DNA of 62,902 nt, filler included, from Octopus bimaculoides (GCF_001194135.2; 7 parts of 5 records of this genome joined end to end with filler, not necessarily neighbours in it); one strand, 5' to 3'; counted from the whole stretch's first letter, positions 1 through 12,327 are shown. The notes: generated from the sequence alone by a model not told the origin. A program made the numbers and translations.

Positions 1-94
1 TATATATATATATATATATATATTCAAATTATGTAATAGAAGCAGTTGAACAATATAAACCATTAATGTCACATAATTAACGTAAAGGTGTTGT

Positions 95-321
95 TCGACC
101 CTTTAGCATTCAGATTATTCTAATGTAATGTTTGTTTATTCACATTGTTTTGAAGTAATCATACACTATCCTGTAGCTTCAAGATTTCGATGATGATTTG
201 ATTCTATATTCTTAGAATAACAATGTAGGATAGGAGTGAGAGGCCAGATCTGGTCAGTTTGAACACAAAACGGTTAAAATATTTGGGCTGGCGATGACTG
301 GTTTAAATGTTAAAGGGCTAA
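95..321. mobile_element. piggyBac-type MITE (degenerate)
   Basis: CCCTTTAGCATT...AATGTTAAAGGG termini with TTAA-like flanks. Related copy at 28142-28380 and a fragment near 3004. Confidence 0.55.
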
Positions 322-575
322 AAGTCAGGAATAAATGAGAATCCAAAGGAGCAATGTCTAGTGAACATGAATTTCGTTTAATAAAAAAACAGAAGTAAAC
401 CTACTCATGCAAATTATATATCATACACATTGAAAATATCCCAATTTTCACCTCTGAAAATTAATTATAAACGTGTTATCAGCAATACCAAGTATTTACT
501 TCACTTTTAGGATTAACTCAGACAGCTATGTGACACTGCTGAAAACTGTGGTCATATCCTGGCTAAAGGGTCATA

Positions 576-794
576 AGAAGGGGTGCTGAAAAGTTCCTAG
601 CTTTGGGTAAAAGAAAATATAGGAGGATCAGTTAATTATAATTTTATTCAACACATTCCCCTTCTCAGATTCACACACTTATTGCAGCGGTCCTTCAGTT
701 TTTCTAAACCCTGTAAAAGATTTCGGAAGGTTGGGCCTCACCAACCAGGCCTTTCACAATGCTCTTAAAGCCAGAAACTTTCAGCACCCCCTCC
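576..794. mobile_element. Mariner-type MITE
   Basis: TIRs GGGGTGCTGAAAAGTTCC / ACTTTCAGCACCCCCTC, flanked by TA. Second copy at 25720. Confidence 0.8.
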
Positions 795-1031
795 TATATA
801 TGGCAGCAGTATTTGGCACCTTGACATGCTTCCAGAAAGAGTCAGAAGTGGTTTTTCTCAACTAATATTTAATCTTTATACAACAAGTTACCCTATCTTG
901 ATTCAATGTTTTGAATATTTTCCCAGGGATTAATTTCTACCTATAAAACATCATATAGAAAAACCTAATAGGAATAATGACAAAGGAAATAAACCATTTT
1001 GTTATAGGTTTTGTTTTAGTGAATAACTTAC

Positions 1032-1101
1032 TTTAAGTATTTTGTAACTTTGGGATAAAACTGCTCTTTTATCAGGAGACAAATTAATGACACAGTTTGA
1101 T
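1032..1101 (-). CDS. AS3MT: Arsenite methyltransferase exon (SNCVINLSPDKRAVLSQSYKILK); gene continues beyond the left edge
   Basis: TTTCAG acceptor, GTAAGT donor, 70 nt, phase compatible. SNCVINL..DK is the AS3MT motif carrying the catalytic Cys. Confidence 0.93.
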
Positions 1102-2509
1102 CTGAAACAAAAATATGAAATAATTATAAAATAGAAAATTGGAGAAGAATGACAAAACTAGAAATGGAAAGCAAAATGAATACTATTATAGAAATTGTCA
1201 ATAATTCATTCTGTACATAAGGACATAGAATGTCAAAATCAGTATCTGTCATTGTTGTCATCATCACCATCAGTTTTCTGAGTTGGCATGAGTGGGACCT
1301 ATGTTGGTGCCACATAATAAAACACCTGTGCCAGCACCACATAAAAGGCGCCCAGTACACTCTGTAAAATAGTTGGCATTAAGAAGTGCATTCAGTTGTA
1401 GAAACCATGCCAAAACAAACAACTGGGGCCTGATGCAGCCCTCTGGCTTGCCAGCTCCTGTTAAATCATCCAACCCTGCCAACATGTGTTGGATGATGAG
1501 TAATAGCTTTGGGAAATGCCTGAACATCAGAAATGTTATTCCTTCAAGCAATGAGAGCCAAAAGTGAAAATAGTAAATCGGTGACTGTAAGGAGTCGAGG
1601 AAGCTGATGCTCCAGGATACAACCCTTTAATGGAAACTCTCTCAGATTTGCTAATACCATTGTTTGCCAATGCAAACTGTCACCGTTTACCCCAGACTCC
1701 AACCATGAAAAGTCAAGTAATTATTGTTTTATGATGTAGGATAAACATTATTATCATCATAGTTTAATGTCTGCCTTCCATGCTAGCATGAGTGGGACGG
1801 TTTCACAAGAGCAGGCCAGGCAGAAGCCTGCACCAGACTTCTGTCACTGTTTTGGCAGGATCTTAATAGCTGGATGCCCTTCCAAACACCACCCACTCAG
1901 TAGAGTGGACTTAGTGCTTTTTATGTGGTATGAGCACAGGTGAGGTCAGTTTTGGCAAAGTTTTTACAGCTGGATGCCCTTCCAAACCACTTTATAGTGT
2001 GGACTGGGTGCTTTTAAGTGGCACCTGCACTGACAGGGTTACCAAGTACTTGCAGGACAAAAAAAAAACTTTCAAGTGGGGATGGAGCATTGGAGGAGGT
2101 GATCCTGTGTCAGATGATGAAGTCCTTATACACACTACATATGTAATTCTTTTATTATTTGGCTGCTTTCAGTGATTTGACTAAGATCAAGCTGGAGCAC
2201 TACTTTATAGTGTATAAACAATTACATCTATAGATGCAAGCATGGTGGTGTGATTAAAAAGCTTGCTTCCTAACCAAGTGGTTTCAAGTTCAATTCCAAA
2301 ATGCAGCACCTTGGGCAAGTGTCTTCTACTATGGTCCTGGATCGACCAATGCCTTATAACTGTATTTGGTAGACAGAAACTGTGTTGAAGCCCATCTTAT
2401 ATGTGCACGCGCGCATGCGTGTACCCTTGTCTCAACATCATATGACAAGTGTAAATAAGAATCAACAGCATGCAAGAAATGTTGTTTGTTTTCTGTCTTC
2501 CATGCCAGG

Positions 2510-2892
2510 CCGTGGAGGCGAAATGACCCAGTGGTTAGGGCAGCGGACTCGCAGTCATAGGATCGTGGTTTTGATTCCCAGACCAGGCGTTGTGAGTGTT
2601 TATTGAGCAAAAACACCTAAAGCTCTATGAGGCTCCAGCAGGGGATGGTGGTGAATCCTGCTGTACTCTTCTACCACAACTTTCTCTCACTCTTTCTTCC
2701 TGTTTCTGTTGTACCTGTATTTCAAAGGGTCAGCCTTGTCACACTGTCATGCTGAATATCCCCGAGAACTATGTTAAGGGCACACGTGTCTGTGGAGTGC
2801 TCAGCCACTTGCACATTAATTTCACGAGCAGGCTGTTCTGTTGATCGGATCAACTGGAACCCTCGACGTCGTAAGCGACGGAGTGCCAACAA
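2510..2892 (+). mobile_element. tRNA-derived SINE family C, full length
   Basis: tRNA-like head (TGACCCAGTGGTTAGGG...GATTCCC), 3' end CGACGGAGTGCCAAC; 8/9 TSD CATRCCAGG. Confidence 0.85.
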
Positions 2893-3097
2893 CATACCAG
2901 GAGTCCTGGTAAGTGTTGGCAACAGGCAACACAAAGAGCGTCAGGCTGAAGAAAATCTCTTTCAACAAATTCCATATAACTCATGCAAGCATGGAATATG
3001 TGATTAACCCTTTGGTATTCAGATTATTCCGGCACTGAAATTGGAATGAATGACAAAGTAACAAAGTTAACATTTTATGATAAACTGAAATACTTAC

Positions 3098-3234
3098 ATA
3101 ATTATATCGAAAGAGTTTTCTTCCAATCCTGCCTCTGTAAGGCGTTCAATGTAGCCTTTCACAAATTTGACATTGGGATTCTTGTAGTCATACAGTTTGG
3201 TATGATAGTCTATGTATTGATTAGCAACATCTAG
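3098..3234 (-). CDS. AS3MT: Arsenite methyltransferase exon (LDVANQYIDYHTKLYDYKNPNVKFVKGYIERLTEAGLEENSFDII)
   Basis: Not in the ORF track; read by hand. TTCCAG acceptor, GTAAGT donor, 137 nt, phase 0 to phase 2. Matches the AS3MT NVxFxxGYIExL...FDII segment. Confidence 0.93.
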
Positions 3235-3744
3235 CTGGAATAATGACAAATATATGTAAGTTTATCTTAATGAGATAACTGCATTTTCTTAAATTGGTTT
3301 CAATCATTTCTGTGGCACTACCTACATGGGTGTTGTTAATCATAGGAATTACAGTTCTATTTCAGTCTGGTACATATTTACCAATCTACATTGCAGGTGA
3401 ACAGAGAGAGATACAGCATAAACAAACATGCATATATATATGTATATGCATTTTCATCATAGTCATTTAACGTCCATTTTCCATGCTGGCATGGGTTAGG
3501 TGCATGTGTAGTAAGAAGTTTGCCTCCCAACCACATGGTTCCGGATTGTTCCACAGCATGGCACCTTAGGAAAGTGTCTTCTACTATAGCTTCGGGTTAA
3601 CCAAAGCCATGTGAGTGGATTTAGTAGATAGAAACTGAGAGAATTTTTACCTCTTTTTATGGAGACAAAAGGATTAGGGTTAGGGTGGCTTGACAGCTAA
3701 ATGAAACATATACACATGCATACATATATATATATACATACGTA

Positions 3745-3952
3745 CTGCCTGACTGGCCTTCATGCAGGTGACACGTAAAAGCACCCACTACACTCTCGGA
3801 GTGGTTGGCGTTAGGAAGGGCATCCAGCTGTAGAAACTCTGCCAAATCAGATTGGAGGCTGGTGTTGCTATCCGGTTTTACCAGTCCTCAGTCAAATAGT
3901 CCAACCCATGCTAGCATGGAAAGCAGACGTTAAACGATGATGATGATGATGA
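3745..3952 (+). mobile_element. Retroposon family B (GGAAGGGCATCC module, (GAT)n tail)
   Basis: GTGGTTGGCGTTAGGAAGGGCATCCAGCTGTAGAAAC...CGTTAAAC(GAT)n. Other copies near 1280(+), 1750(-), 6470(+), 9868(-), 33440(+), 41540(-). Confidence 0.75.
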
Positions 3953-4123
3953 TATATACGATGGGCTTCTTTCAGTTTCCGTCTACCAAATCCACTCACA
4001 AGGCTTTTGTCGGCCCGAGGCTATAGTAGAAGACACTTGCCAAAGGTGCCAAGCAGTGGGACTGAACCCGAAACCATGTGGTTGGTAAGCAAGCTACTTA
4101 CTACACAGCCACTCCTACGCCTA
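3953..4123 (-). mobile_element. SINE family A, 5' half
   Basis: Head through the central microsatellite. Further partial copies near 2240, 3500, 5400, 7690, 21762, 26500, 26880 and 44076. Confidence 0.75.
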
Positions 4124-4954
4124 TAGCTACTTTATTTCATAAATATTTGCCATAAAGGCATTACTAAGAGGGGACGAACAAAGACAGACAAACAAAAGGG
4201 GTGAAGTAGCTGTATCGATTAAATATTTACAATTTTAAATATACAATAATAATTTGATTATATTTACACCTATAGCTACTTACCACACAGCCACTCCTAG
4301 GCCTATATATATCTTTTCTTGATAGGCCTTTCTATATATTTTGTATTGTATTTATAATAAAATGAATATATACAAATTACAAAAATATTTTTAAAAAATA
4401 TACAGTACAGTGCTGTTTCTACTTCGTGGATTTTCACCTATTGCAAGGGATTTTGGAATGTAACACCCGTGATAGTTGAGGGATTACTGTACTAGGAATG
4501 ATTCATACAACTAAAAATTCTTCAAGGTGGTGCCCCAGTATGGCCACAATGTAATGACTGTAACGGGTAAAAGATAAAGACTAAATAACAGGGGAATAAT
4601 AAGGCTTCACCCTTTACATATATTTTAATGATATAATTTCGTAAGTAGTATCTCTTGAGAAGGTAATGAATGAAATTAAATAATTAATTACTTCAGTACT
4701 TTAATCAGCATGCTTAGCGTTTAATCTTATACAATCATGTTGGAGAGCAAGCTTCTTAACCACATGAATAAAGTCAATTTATCCATGTGTGTGGGTGTAT
4801 AAAGTTAATAGGTGCAAAAAATTTGAACCAAATTAGAATATCCTTCTTGGTTGGAAAAAGAAAACCAAAAGAAAACCATAATAATTATAAACCCTAAGAC
4901 GCAAGGGGAGATTTAAAATTAATTTTTCTAAGTCGAATTTAGTTTGCAAACAAG

Positions 4955-5000
4955 GGACACTATGGGCGTTTCGATCTATTGGTCCTCATCAGTGTAGTCT
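4955..5000 (-). ncRNA. Degenerate hammerhead-like motif
   Basis: CUGAUGA GGACC-AAUA-GAUC GAAA CGCC: core and GAAA are correctly spaced, but stems I-III pair poorly. Confidence 0.3.
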
Positions 5001-5625
5001 AACCAACTTGTATTTCACTTCATAAGAGTTTCGAATACAGAAAAAGAGTTACGAACAGCATCGAGCAATATTATATTTTGCAAAATTAAAAATACAAGAA
5101 AATGAACTAAGGGAAATAACTCCCATGACCCGGTTGAGTTATTTTCTGTGGCTCATTTTATCATCATAATCGTTTAACGTCTACTTTTCCACGCTTGCCT
5201 AGATCAGACGGAATTTTGTTGAGGCAGATTTTCTACGGTCAGATTCCCTTCCAGTCGCCAACCCTCATCTGTTTCTAGGAAAGGTAATATTTCCCTGTGG
5301 TCAGATGTGTTTTAGAAGACTAGAAACACGACGGTAATGCTTGTTTGCAACCATCACGTAATTCCAAAACAAGGGTGTATACACACACACGACGAACTTA
5401 TTACACTTTACATGTAACAAATACACTCGCAAGACTTTGGTCGGCCCAAGGCTACAGTATAACGCACTTATCTAAGGTGCCACACAGCGTGGCTCTGAAC
5501 CCGAGACCGCATGGTTGGAAAGCAACTGTACCTGTACATCTGAATATGTACACAAACATCTACATCTCAAATGTCAATAAACCCCGCCTCGTTTTTATCT
5601 ATTCGTATATATACATACACACATA

Positions 5626-5700
<75 letters not shown>

Positions 5701-5921
5701 TATTTTGTTTAAGGGAGTTCCAACACTGTCTGTTTTTTATGTTTTATTTATATTCCTGCAGAACCAATGTGGGGTATAGAATATGGAATATATAATATAA
5801 TATACAATATATAATATAAAATAAAATAAAATAAAAATGGATGGCACCATGAAAGAAAGTATTGAATGTAGATGAAATATTGAGTGTTCAATATAAAGGA
5901 TCAAATATATAAATATATAAA

Positions 5922-5961
5922 GGCGACTCGAGTTTCAGGGCTATTTCCCTTCGTCATGGCC
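5922..5961 (-). ncRNA. Minimal hammerhead motif with a 1-nt core insertion
   Basis: GGC C(A)UGACGA AGGG-AAAUAG-CCCU GAAA CUCGAG UC/ GCC: perfect stem II, palindromic stem III, GUC triplet, extra A in the core. Confidence 0.6.
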
Positions 5962-6005
5962 GAAAAAAAACAAAAAAAAACACCTTTTTTGTATTTATTT
6001 TTACT

Positions 6006-6053
<48 letters not shown>

Positions 6054-7881
6054 TATATATATATATGCTTTTTATCACGTCCGTGTTTATACAGCTGGTG
6101 AAAGGCATTATCTCCCTTATCACACAAGTGGCCTGACAGCTGAATGAAACTGTATAAACTGTCAGATAAGAAGTGCTTTATCAACCTTTGGATATTTAAT
6201 GGGTGATAAAAATTTATTGTAGACACAACGTCACACGTTATTTGAGCAGCAACAGTGTTATGGTACAAATCAATTATTCAATATTATCATCTTAGGGATA
6301 TTTATTTCATCAGCAAAACTTGAATGCAAAATTTAAACAGATTGGAATGCAAAACAGTCGACAGTCTCATCGCTCGGTGTTGAGATTAATAATGATTTCT
6401 GACTTCACATAGCTAGAAATTTCGTAAAAAGGGCTTAGTAGATTTATGCCACATAAAAAGCAACCATACCAGTACCACATGAAAGCACTTGTGCCAAAAG
6501 CATGTAAAAAGCACCTGGTACATTGTAAAGTGGTTGGTGTTAGGAAGGGTATCTAGCAGTAGAAACTATGCCAAAACAGATAACTGGAGCCTGGTGCAGC
6601 CCTCCAGCTCCTGTCAAACCATCCAACCCATGCCAGCATGGAAAACGAACATTAAATGATGATGATGAGTATATGTCTGATATTTATTTTACTAACTTGG
6701 AAAGATAAATAGCGTAACTGACTCCAGCTTGATTACAAATCAGAATGTAAAGGAATGCAGTCAAAACACAAGAAAATACAAATTGGAAAACCTATATATA
6801 AACATGTTACCTGTTCAAAAATGCTTGAGGCACATTTGAATTCATAAGGAAGTCGTTTACTGTATTTTTGTCATTGAGAAAATTTCTCACTATAGATAAA
6901 CAAGTGTAAACACACCAAGTCAGTTTGAAGTGTTCCCTATCCAGACTGATGGATGCATACATTTTGGAGTAGTTATCTCCTCTACAGCATCAAATATTGT
7001 AAAAGGATGGTGCTGCAAATTAACAGAGGGACAAGTTTTTCTTATATTCCAGCCAGCGTACTATGACCAGTTGTGCTAATCAGTGGTTTGACTATAATAA
7101 AATACAGATACGGAAGATATTTTGCTGTAATCAGAGATTAATATTAAAATAAATAAGTTTTGCATGAATGTCATATATGCGAAAAAAAAAATTACTTTGA
7201 ATACGAGTGGAAACCAATGAAGATGTCTTTACATGGATGCTGGATGTTCTTGAAATAACAGTTAAATCTCCCTAGCTTAACAAAACGAATGGAAGGACAT
7301 TTAGCGTAATATAGTCCTGGATACGGTATGCAGTAAAGAAAAGATACTCATGTTTACAATGACTATGATTACAGGCATATTTCATAAAAACTAACCTTAG
7401 GAGCCAAACAAGAACCTAGTCATGAACCTTACTGCAGGACTAACCATAATATGTAAAATCAACATCATTGTCATCATTGTTTTAATGGCCACTTTTCCCA
7501 GCTCACCGAGGCAGATTTTCTACAGCCAGATGCCCTTCCTGTAGCCAACGTTCACCAGTTTCCAAGTAAGGCAATGTTTTCCCATCATCAAACATTTAGA
7601 AATAAAGGATACTGCTTGCATAATGATAACACTCATTTACAATTATCTTGTGATGCCAAGAGAAGTGGAGACAGTCACACATACATTTATATACATGTGT
7701 ATATACAAAGGACTTCCTTCAGTTTCCATCTACCAAGTCTACTTACAAGGCTTCAGTCAATGACAGGGCTATAATAGAAGACACTAAGTGCTATGCAGTG
7801 GGACTGAACCCAGAGCCATGTGGTTGAAAGGAACCTGCTTACCACACAGCCATGCCTGCACCTATATATATGAGTATATAA

Positions 7882-8094
7882 AAGGCAGTGAGCTAGCAGA
7901 AATGTTAGCATGCCAGGCGAAATGCTTAGTGGTATTTCATCTGTCTTTATGTTCTGTGTTCAAATTCTGCTGAAGTCGACTTTGCCGTTCATGCTTTTGG
8001 GGTCAATAAATTAAGTACCAGTTGCATACTGAGCTCGATCTAATTGACTGGCCCCTCCCCATAAATTTTGGGCCTTATGCCTAGAGTAGAAAAG
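7882..8094 (+). mobile_element. SINE family D
   Basis: Collinear with 24167. Other copies at 11442-11660(+), 23865-24078(-), 45025-45228(+). Confidence 0.8.
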
Positions 8095-8405
8095 TATATA
8101 TATGAATAAATAAATTATAGTAACTAATGCTAGATCATCAATTCATAAGTCAGCGGCACATGACTACAAATTTGATTGGAAAGAACAGTCTATTCTTACA
8201 TCAGCTGTAATACTTCACTGGTACTTATTTTCATTTCAACCACAGAAGGATAAAAGCTAAAGTTGACCTTGCTGAGATTTGAATTCAAAATAGATAAGTA
8301 TTTTGGGGCTAAGCAAAGCAAGAGGAGGCATGTGGGATAAAGAGTTACTGAAGAGGTCACAGGGCGTGTAACAAAAGAGTTTTGACAAAGAAACAAAAAT
8401 ATTGA

Positions 8406-8780
8406 AAACAAGAGCACTCAGAGAGTGCAAACCTCTGCCAAGGCAACACCAACGTCCTCTCAACGATTAGCCAGAGATGATTTTTAAAATGAGAATATCT
8501 GAAATAAACTCGATTGCTCTCAGAAACGAGAATACTAAAAATGAACCTGATCGCTCTCAAAAATTAAGTAAAAAAAAACAGAAAAATAATCCAGAATCCT
8601 TGTGTGGTACCAGATCAATACCAAAATCAAATCAGTTCATGCCAGTCATGAGGCCAAACATCCCTGAAAGTTTCATCCGAATCTATCCAGCGGTTCTTGA
8701 GATATCTGGTCGACGGACAAACAAACAAACAAACGCAACTGAAAACAATACCTCAGCCTTCGCTAAGGCAGAGGTAATAA
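8406..8780 (+). mobile_element. Helentron-associated (HINE/DINE-1-like) element
   Basis: 5' CCTCTGCCAAGG subterminal repeat, (ACAA)n near the 3' end, terminal hairpin CCTCAGCCTT-CGCT-AAGGCAGAGG. Confidence 0.55.
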
Positions 8781-8793
8781 TAATAATGAAGGG

Positions 8794-8940
8794 TAGGTTG
8801 GCGTTAGGAAGGGCATCCAACTGTAGAAATTCTGCCAGATCAGATTGAAGCCTGGTGCAGCCTTCTGGCTTGCCAGTCCTCAGTCAAATCGTCCAACCTA
8901 TGCTAGCATGAAAAGCGGACGTTAAACGATGATGATGATG
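8794..8940 (+). mobile_element. Retroposon family B, 3' part
   Basis: Same module and tail as 3745. Confidence 0.75.
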
Positions 8941-9143
8941 AAGCTGAAGTAAAGACCAAGCAAGTAGTGCGCGTGTTTAATATTTTTTTCCTACTCTCTA
9001 ACTAGTCTGCCAATACATCACCTTCTTGACATAACATTATTTTATCCAATCATTGTGAAAGAATGTTTTTAGACCAAAACTTTTGTCAGTTAATAACTCT
9101 GAAATGAAAAGAAAAGTAAAGGAAACATTTAGAGTCGTGTTAC

Positions 9144-9294
9144 CTGTTCTTGTGTCATATCAATACCAACTACATAACCTTCGGGTCCAACCAGTTTTGA
9201 TAAAACAAAACAATCTTGTCCACTTCCACTTCCCAAATCAAGCATCTTCATGCCTTCCAGGCCCTCAGGAATCACAAGTCCACATCCATAATAT
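9144..9294 (-). CDS. AS3MT: Arsenite methyltransferase exon (YYGCGLVIPEGLEGMKMLDLGSGSGQDCFVLSKLVGPEGYVVGIDMTQEQ)
   Basis: TTCAG acceptor and GTAAC donor. 151 nt, completing the phase-2 codon of the previous exon. Contains YYGCG and the SAM-binding LDLGSGSG motif. Confidence 0.95.
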
Positions 9295-9397
9295 CTGAAT
9301 GTATAATAGTTAAAATAATAATAGACAATATGCTGAGATATACACACACACACACGAATACACAGAGAGGAAGAGAAACATATGAAGTGAAATGAAT

Positions 9398-9807
9398 AGT
9401 GGCTGTGTGGTAAGTATCTTGCTTATGAACCACGTGGTTCCGGGTTCAGTCCCACTGTGTGGCACCTTGGGCAAGTATCTTCTACTATAACCACGGGCCA
9501 ACCAAAGCCTTGTGAGTGGATTTGGTAGACGGAAACTGAAAGAAGCCCGTCGTATATATATGTATATATATATATATGTATGTGTGTATATATGTTTGTG
9601 TGTCTGTGTTTGCCCCCCCAACATCGCTTGACAACCGACGCTGGTGTGTTTACGTCCCCATAACTTAGCGGTTCGGCAAAAAGAGATCGATAGAATAAGT
9701 ACTAGGCTTACAAAGAATAAGTCCTGGGGTCGATTTTCTTGACTAAAGGCGGTGCTCCAGTATGGCCCCAGTCAAATGACAGAAACAAGTAAAAGAGTAA
9801 AAGAGTA
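9398..9807 (+). mobile_element. tRNA-derived SINE family A, full length
   Basis: A/B boxes (TGGCTGTGTGG, GGTTCAGTCCC), CORE-like CCTTGGGCAAGT, central (TA/TG)n, (GTAAAAGA)n tail. Confidence 0.85.
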
Positions 9808-10144
9808 TGAGATAGTAAGTAAATTCCAGTGACATTTTGTTTATATATATATATTAATGATATTATCACCATCATTTAATGTCCACTTTCTATGTTGGCA
9901 TGGGCAGGACAATTTGAGAGGGGACCAGTGAGCGGCAGGGCTGCATCAAGCTCCTGTATCATCTTTGGCATGGTTTCAATGGCTGGATGCCTTTCCTAAT
10001 CCCAGACATTTTACAGAGTGCACTGTACACTTTTACAGAGTTGGCTCTCTCTGAAAATTCATCCATCCGATGCAAGCAACGAAAGTTTATGTAAAATAAT
10101 TTTGATGATGATGAAGTTCAGAGGACTTCTTATGCATGCGTAAT

Positions 10145-10530
10145 GTTTGTTGGCACTCCATCGCTTACGAAGTCGAGGGTTCCAGTCGATCCGATCAACG
10201 GAACAGCCTGCTCGTTAAATTAACGTGCAAGTGGCTGAGCACTCCACAGACACGTGTACCCGTAACGTAGTTCTCGGGGATATTCAGCGTGACACAGTGT
10301 GACAAGGCTGACCTTTTGAATTACAGGCACAACAGAAACAGGAAGTAAGAGTAAGAGAAAATTTTGGTGAAAGAGTACAGCAGGGTTCACCACCATCCCC
10401 TGCCGGAGCCTCGTGGAGCTTTAGGTGTTTTCGCTCAATAAACACTCACAACGCCCGGTCTGAGAATCGAAACCGCGATCCTATGACCGCGAGTCCGCTG
10501 CCCTAACCACTGGGCAATTGCGCCTCCACA
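10145..10530 (-). mobile_element. SINE family C, full length
   Basis: Perfect 10-bp TSD CATGCGTAAT (10135-10144, 10531-10540). Confidence 0.9.
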
Positions 10531-10849
10531 CATGCGTAATACACAAACAATAGCTAGCACGAACAAACAAGGAGTCATAACCTACCATTTTAAAAAAGGA
10601 AGAATATTATAGACATGGATATGCTATATCTAAAAATAAGATGAGATGGTCACAGCTGGAAAGCCTCTGACTATAGATTTGCTCAAACTGGAGCTAAGCA
10701 GCAACAATAATAAAACAGGAGAGCCATTATGTGGTTGATTAACCTGGTAGAAATAGAAGTCAAATCTTACTTCAAATCACAAGCTACCGTCTTAAAAACA
10801 AGTTACATTGGATAATGTAATCTTAAATATCATGGCACTTTGTTGTTTA

Positions 10850-11207
10850 CAACGACGGGGGTTCCAGATGTTCCAGTCAACGGAACAGCCTGCTCATGAA
10901 ATTAACGTGCAAGTGGCTGAGCACTCCACAGACACATGCACCCTTAACGTAGTTCTCGGGGATATTCAGCGTGACACAGTGTGACAAGGCTGGCCCTTTG
11001 AAATACAGGTGCAACAGAAACAGGAAGTAAGAGTGAGAGAAAGTTATGGTGAAAAAGTACAGCAGGGTTCGCCACCAACCCCTACCAGAGCCTTGTGGGG
11101 CTTGAGGCGTTTCCACTCAATAAACATTCACAATGCCATCTGGGAATCGAAACTGCAATTTAAAGACCATGAGTCCGCTACCCTAACTACTGGGCCACTG
11201 TACCTCC
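10850..11207 (-). mobile_element. SINE family C, older copy
   Basis: Collinear with 10145-10530, more diverged. Confidence 0.8.
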
Positions 11208-11798
11208 ACAATCTTAAATATACTGTCTGGAAAAAAGACAAGACAGTCATATCTGGAATGCTTTTGATCAAAGTTATCTATGGTTAGATAACAATGTCAA
11301 CTGGAATAGTGTTAGAAGTTACTATTTCAGACATACATAGTACCACTGTTATAAGAAATCAATAAAACCTATACAGAGCACTAACTGTACATACATACTA
11401 TTGCACTACTCTCTACGGTGATTCTAATATAAAACACGAGAAAGGCAGCAAACTGGCTGAATCATCAGCAGGTCAGGCAAAATGCTTAGCAGCATCTCGT
11501 CCGTTTTTAGGTTCTGACTCAAATTTGACCGAAGTCGACTTTGCTTTTCATGCTTTCAAAGTCAATAAAATAAATACCAGTTGAACACTGAGGTCAATGC
11601 AATTGACTTAACCCCCTCCCCCAAATTTGCTGGCCTTATAGCAAAATTTGAAACCAATATAAAATGCTAGGGATCTTTACTAAATTCTAGTAAACAAAGC
11701 ATTAAACTTTTTGTAACCATATTTCCATTGAAATATATTGTTTTTTAGAAATGATACATTTCTAAATCTCTCAGAGAGACTTAAGCAGTAGTGATACG

Positions 11799-12327
11799 AT
11801 AAAGTAGTTGTATGTGCTGTCAACTCAACGTAACAGTCCCATGACGGGAATCATACTACTGCTATTTAGCCCTAGGAAGCTGCACCACTTCCTGTCAGCC
11901 TTGACACACTTCCTGTGTCCTTATGTTTACGAGGGGGAGACAAGCACCTCCACCCAGAGACATGTTTCTGAGTCTTTTCTCGTCATCAGTCTGGAGTAGC
12001 ATTACTGGCTAGTCGAAGATGCCTGTCAAGCTCTTGTAAACATATAATAATTCTAGTGAAATACATTCACTGATTTCAAAAATTAGAAATGATATATTTC
12101 TAAATCTCTCAGAGAGACTTAAGCAGCAGTGTTACGATAAAGTAGTTGTATGCTGTCAACGCAGGCTTGGCTGGGTGGAGGTGCTTGTCTCCCCCTCGTA
12201 AACATAAGGACACAGGAAATGTGTCAAAGCCAACAGGAAGCAGTGCAGCTTCCTAGGGCTAAACAGCAGTAGTATGATTCCCGTCATGGGACTATCACGT
12301 TAAGTTGACAGCATACAACTACTTTAT
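11799..12327. mobile_element. Foldback element related to 22576, with about 157-bp arms and a rearranged centre
   Basis: Arm 11799-11957 is the inverted complement of 12171-12327. Hammerhead at the inner end of the left arm. Shares ATTTAGCCCyAGGA and CTGTGTCCTTAT blocks with 22576. Confidence 0.7.
11954..11994 (-). ncRNA. Minimal type-I hammerhead ribozyme motif
   Basis: CCAGA CUGAUGA CGAG-AAAAGA-CUCA GAAA CAUG UC/ UCUGG: 5-bp stem I, intact core, 3-bp stem II with a C.A closing mismatch, palindromic ACAUGU stem III, GUC cleavage triplet. Confidence 0.75.

Noticed and set aside
2512-2585. tRNA-like sequence (also heads of families A, C and D)
   Set aside because: SINE heads continuing into SINE bodies with TSDs; no complete cloverleaf acceptor stem.
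4405-4491. Possible pogo/Tigger-type MITE end (GAGGGATTACTGTA)
   Set aside because: Only one terminus is recognisable.
7200-7340. Recurring AAATAGCAGYCAAATCTCCC...GTCTTAAAAA repeat (also about 10560-10830, 16290, 17930, 28400, 42300, 43640, 49300)
   Set aside because: Clearly a dispersed repeat, but the copies are too decayed to define ends or class.
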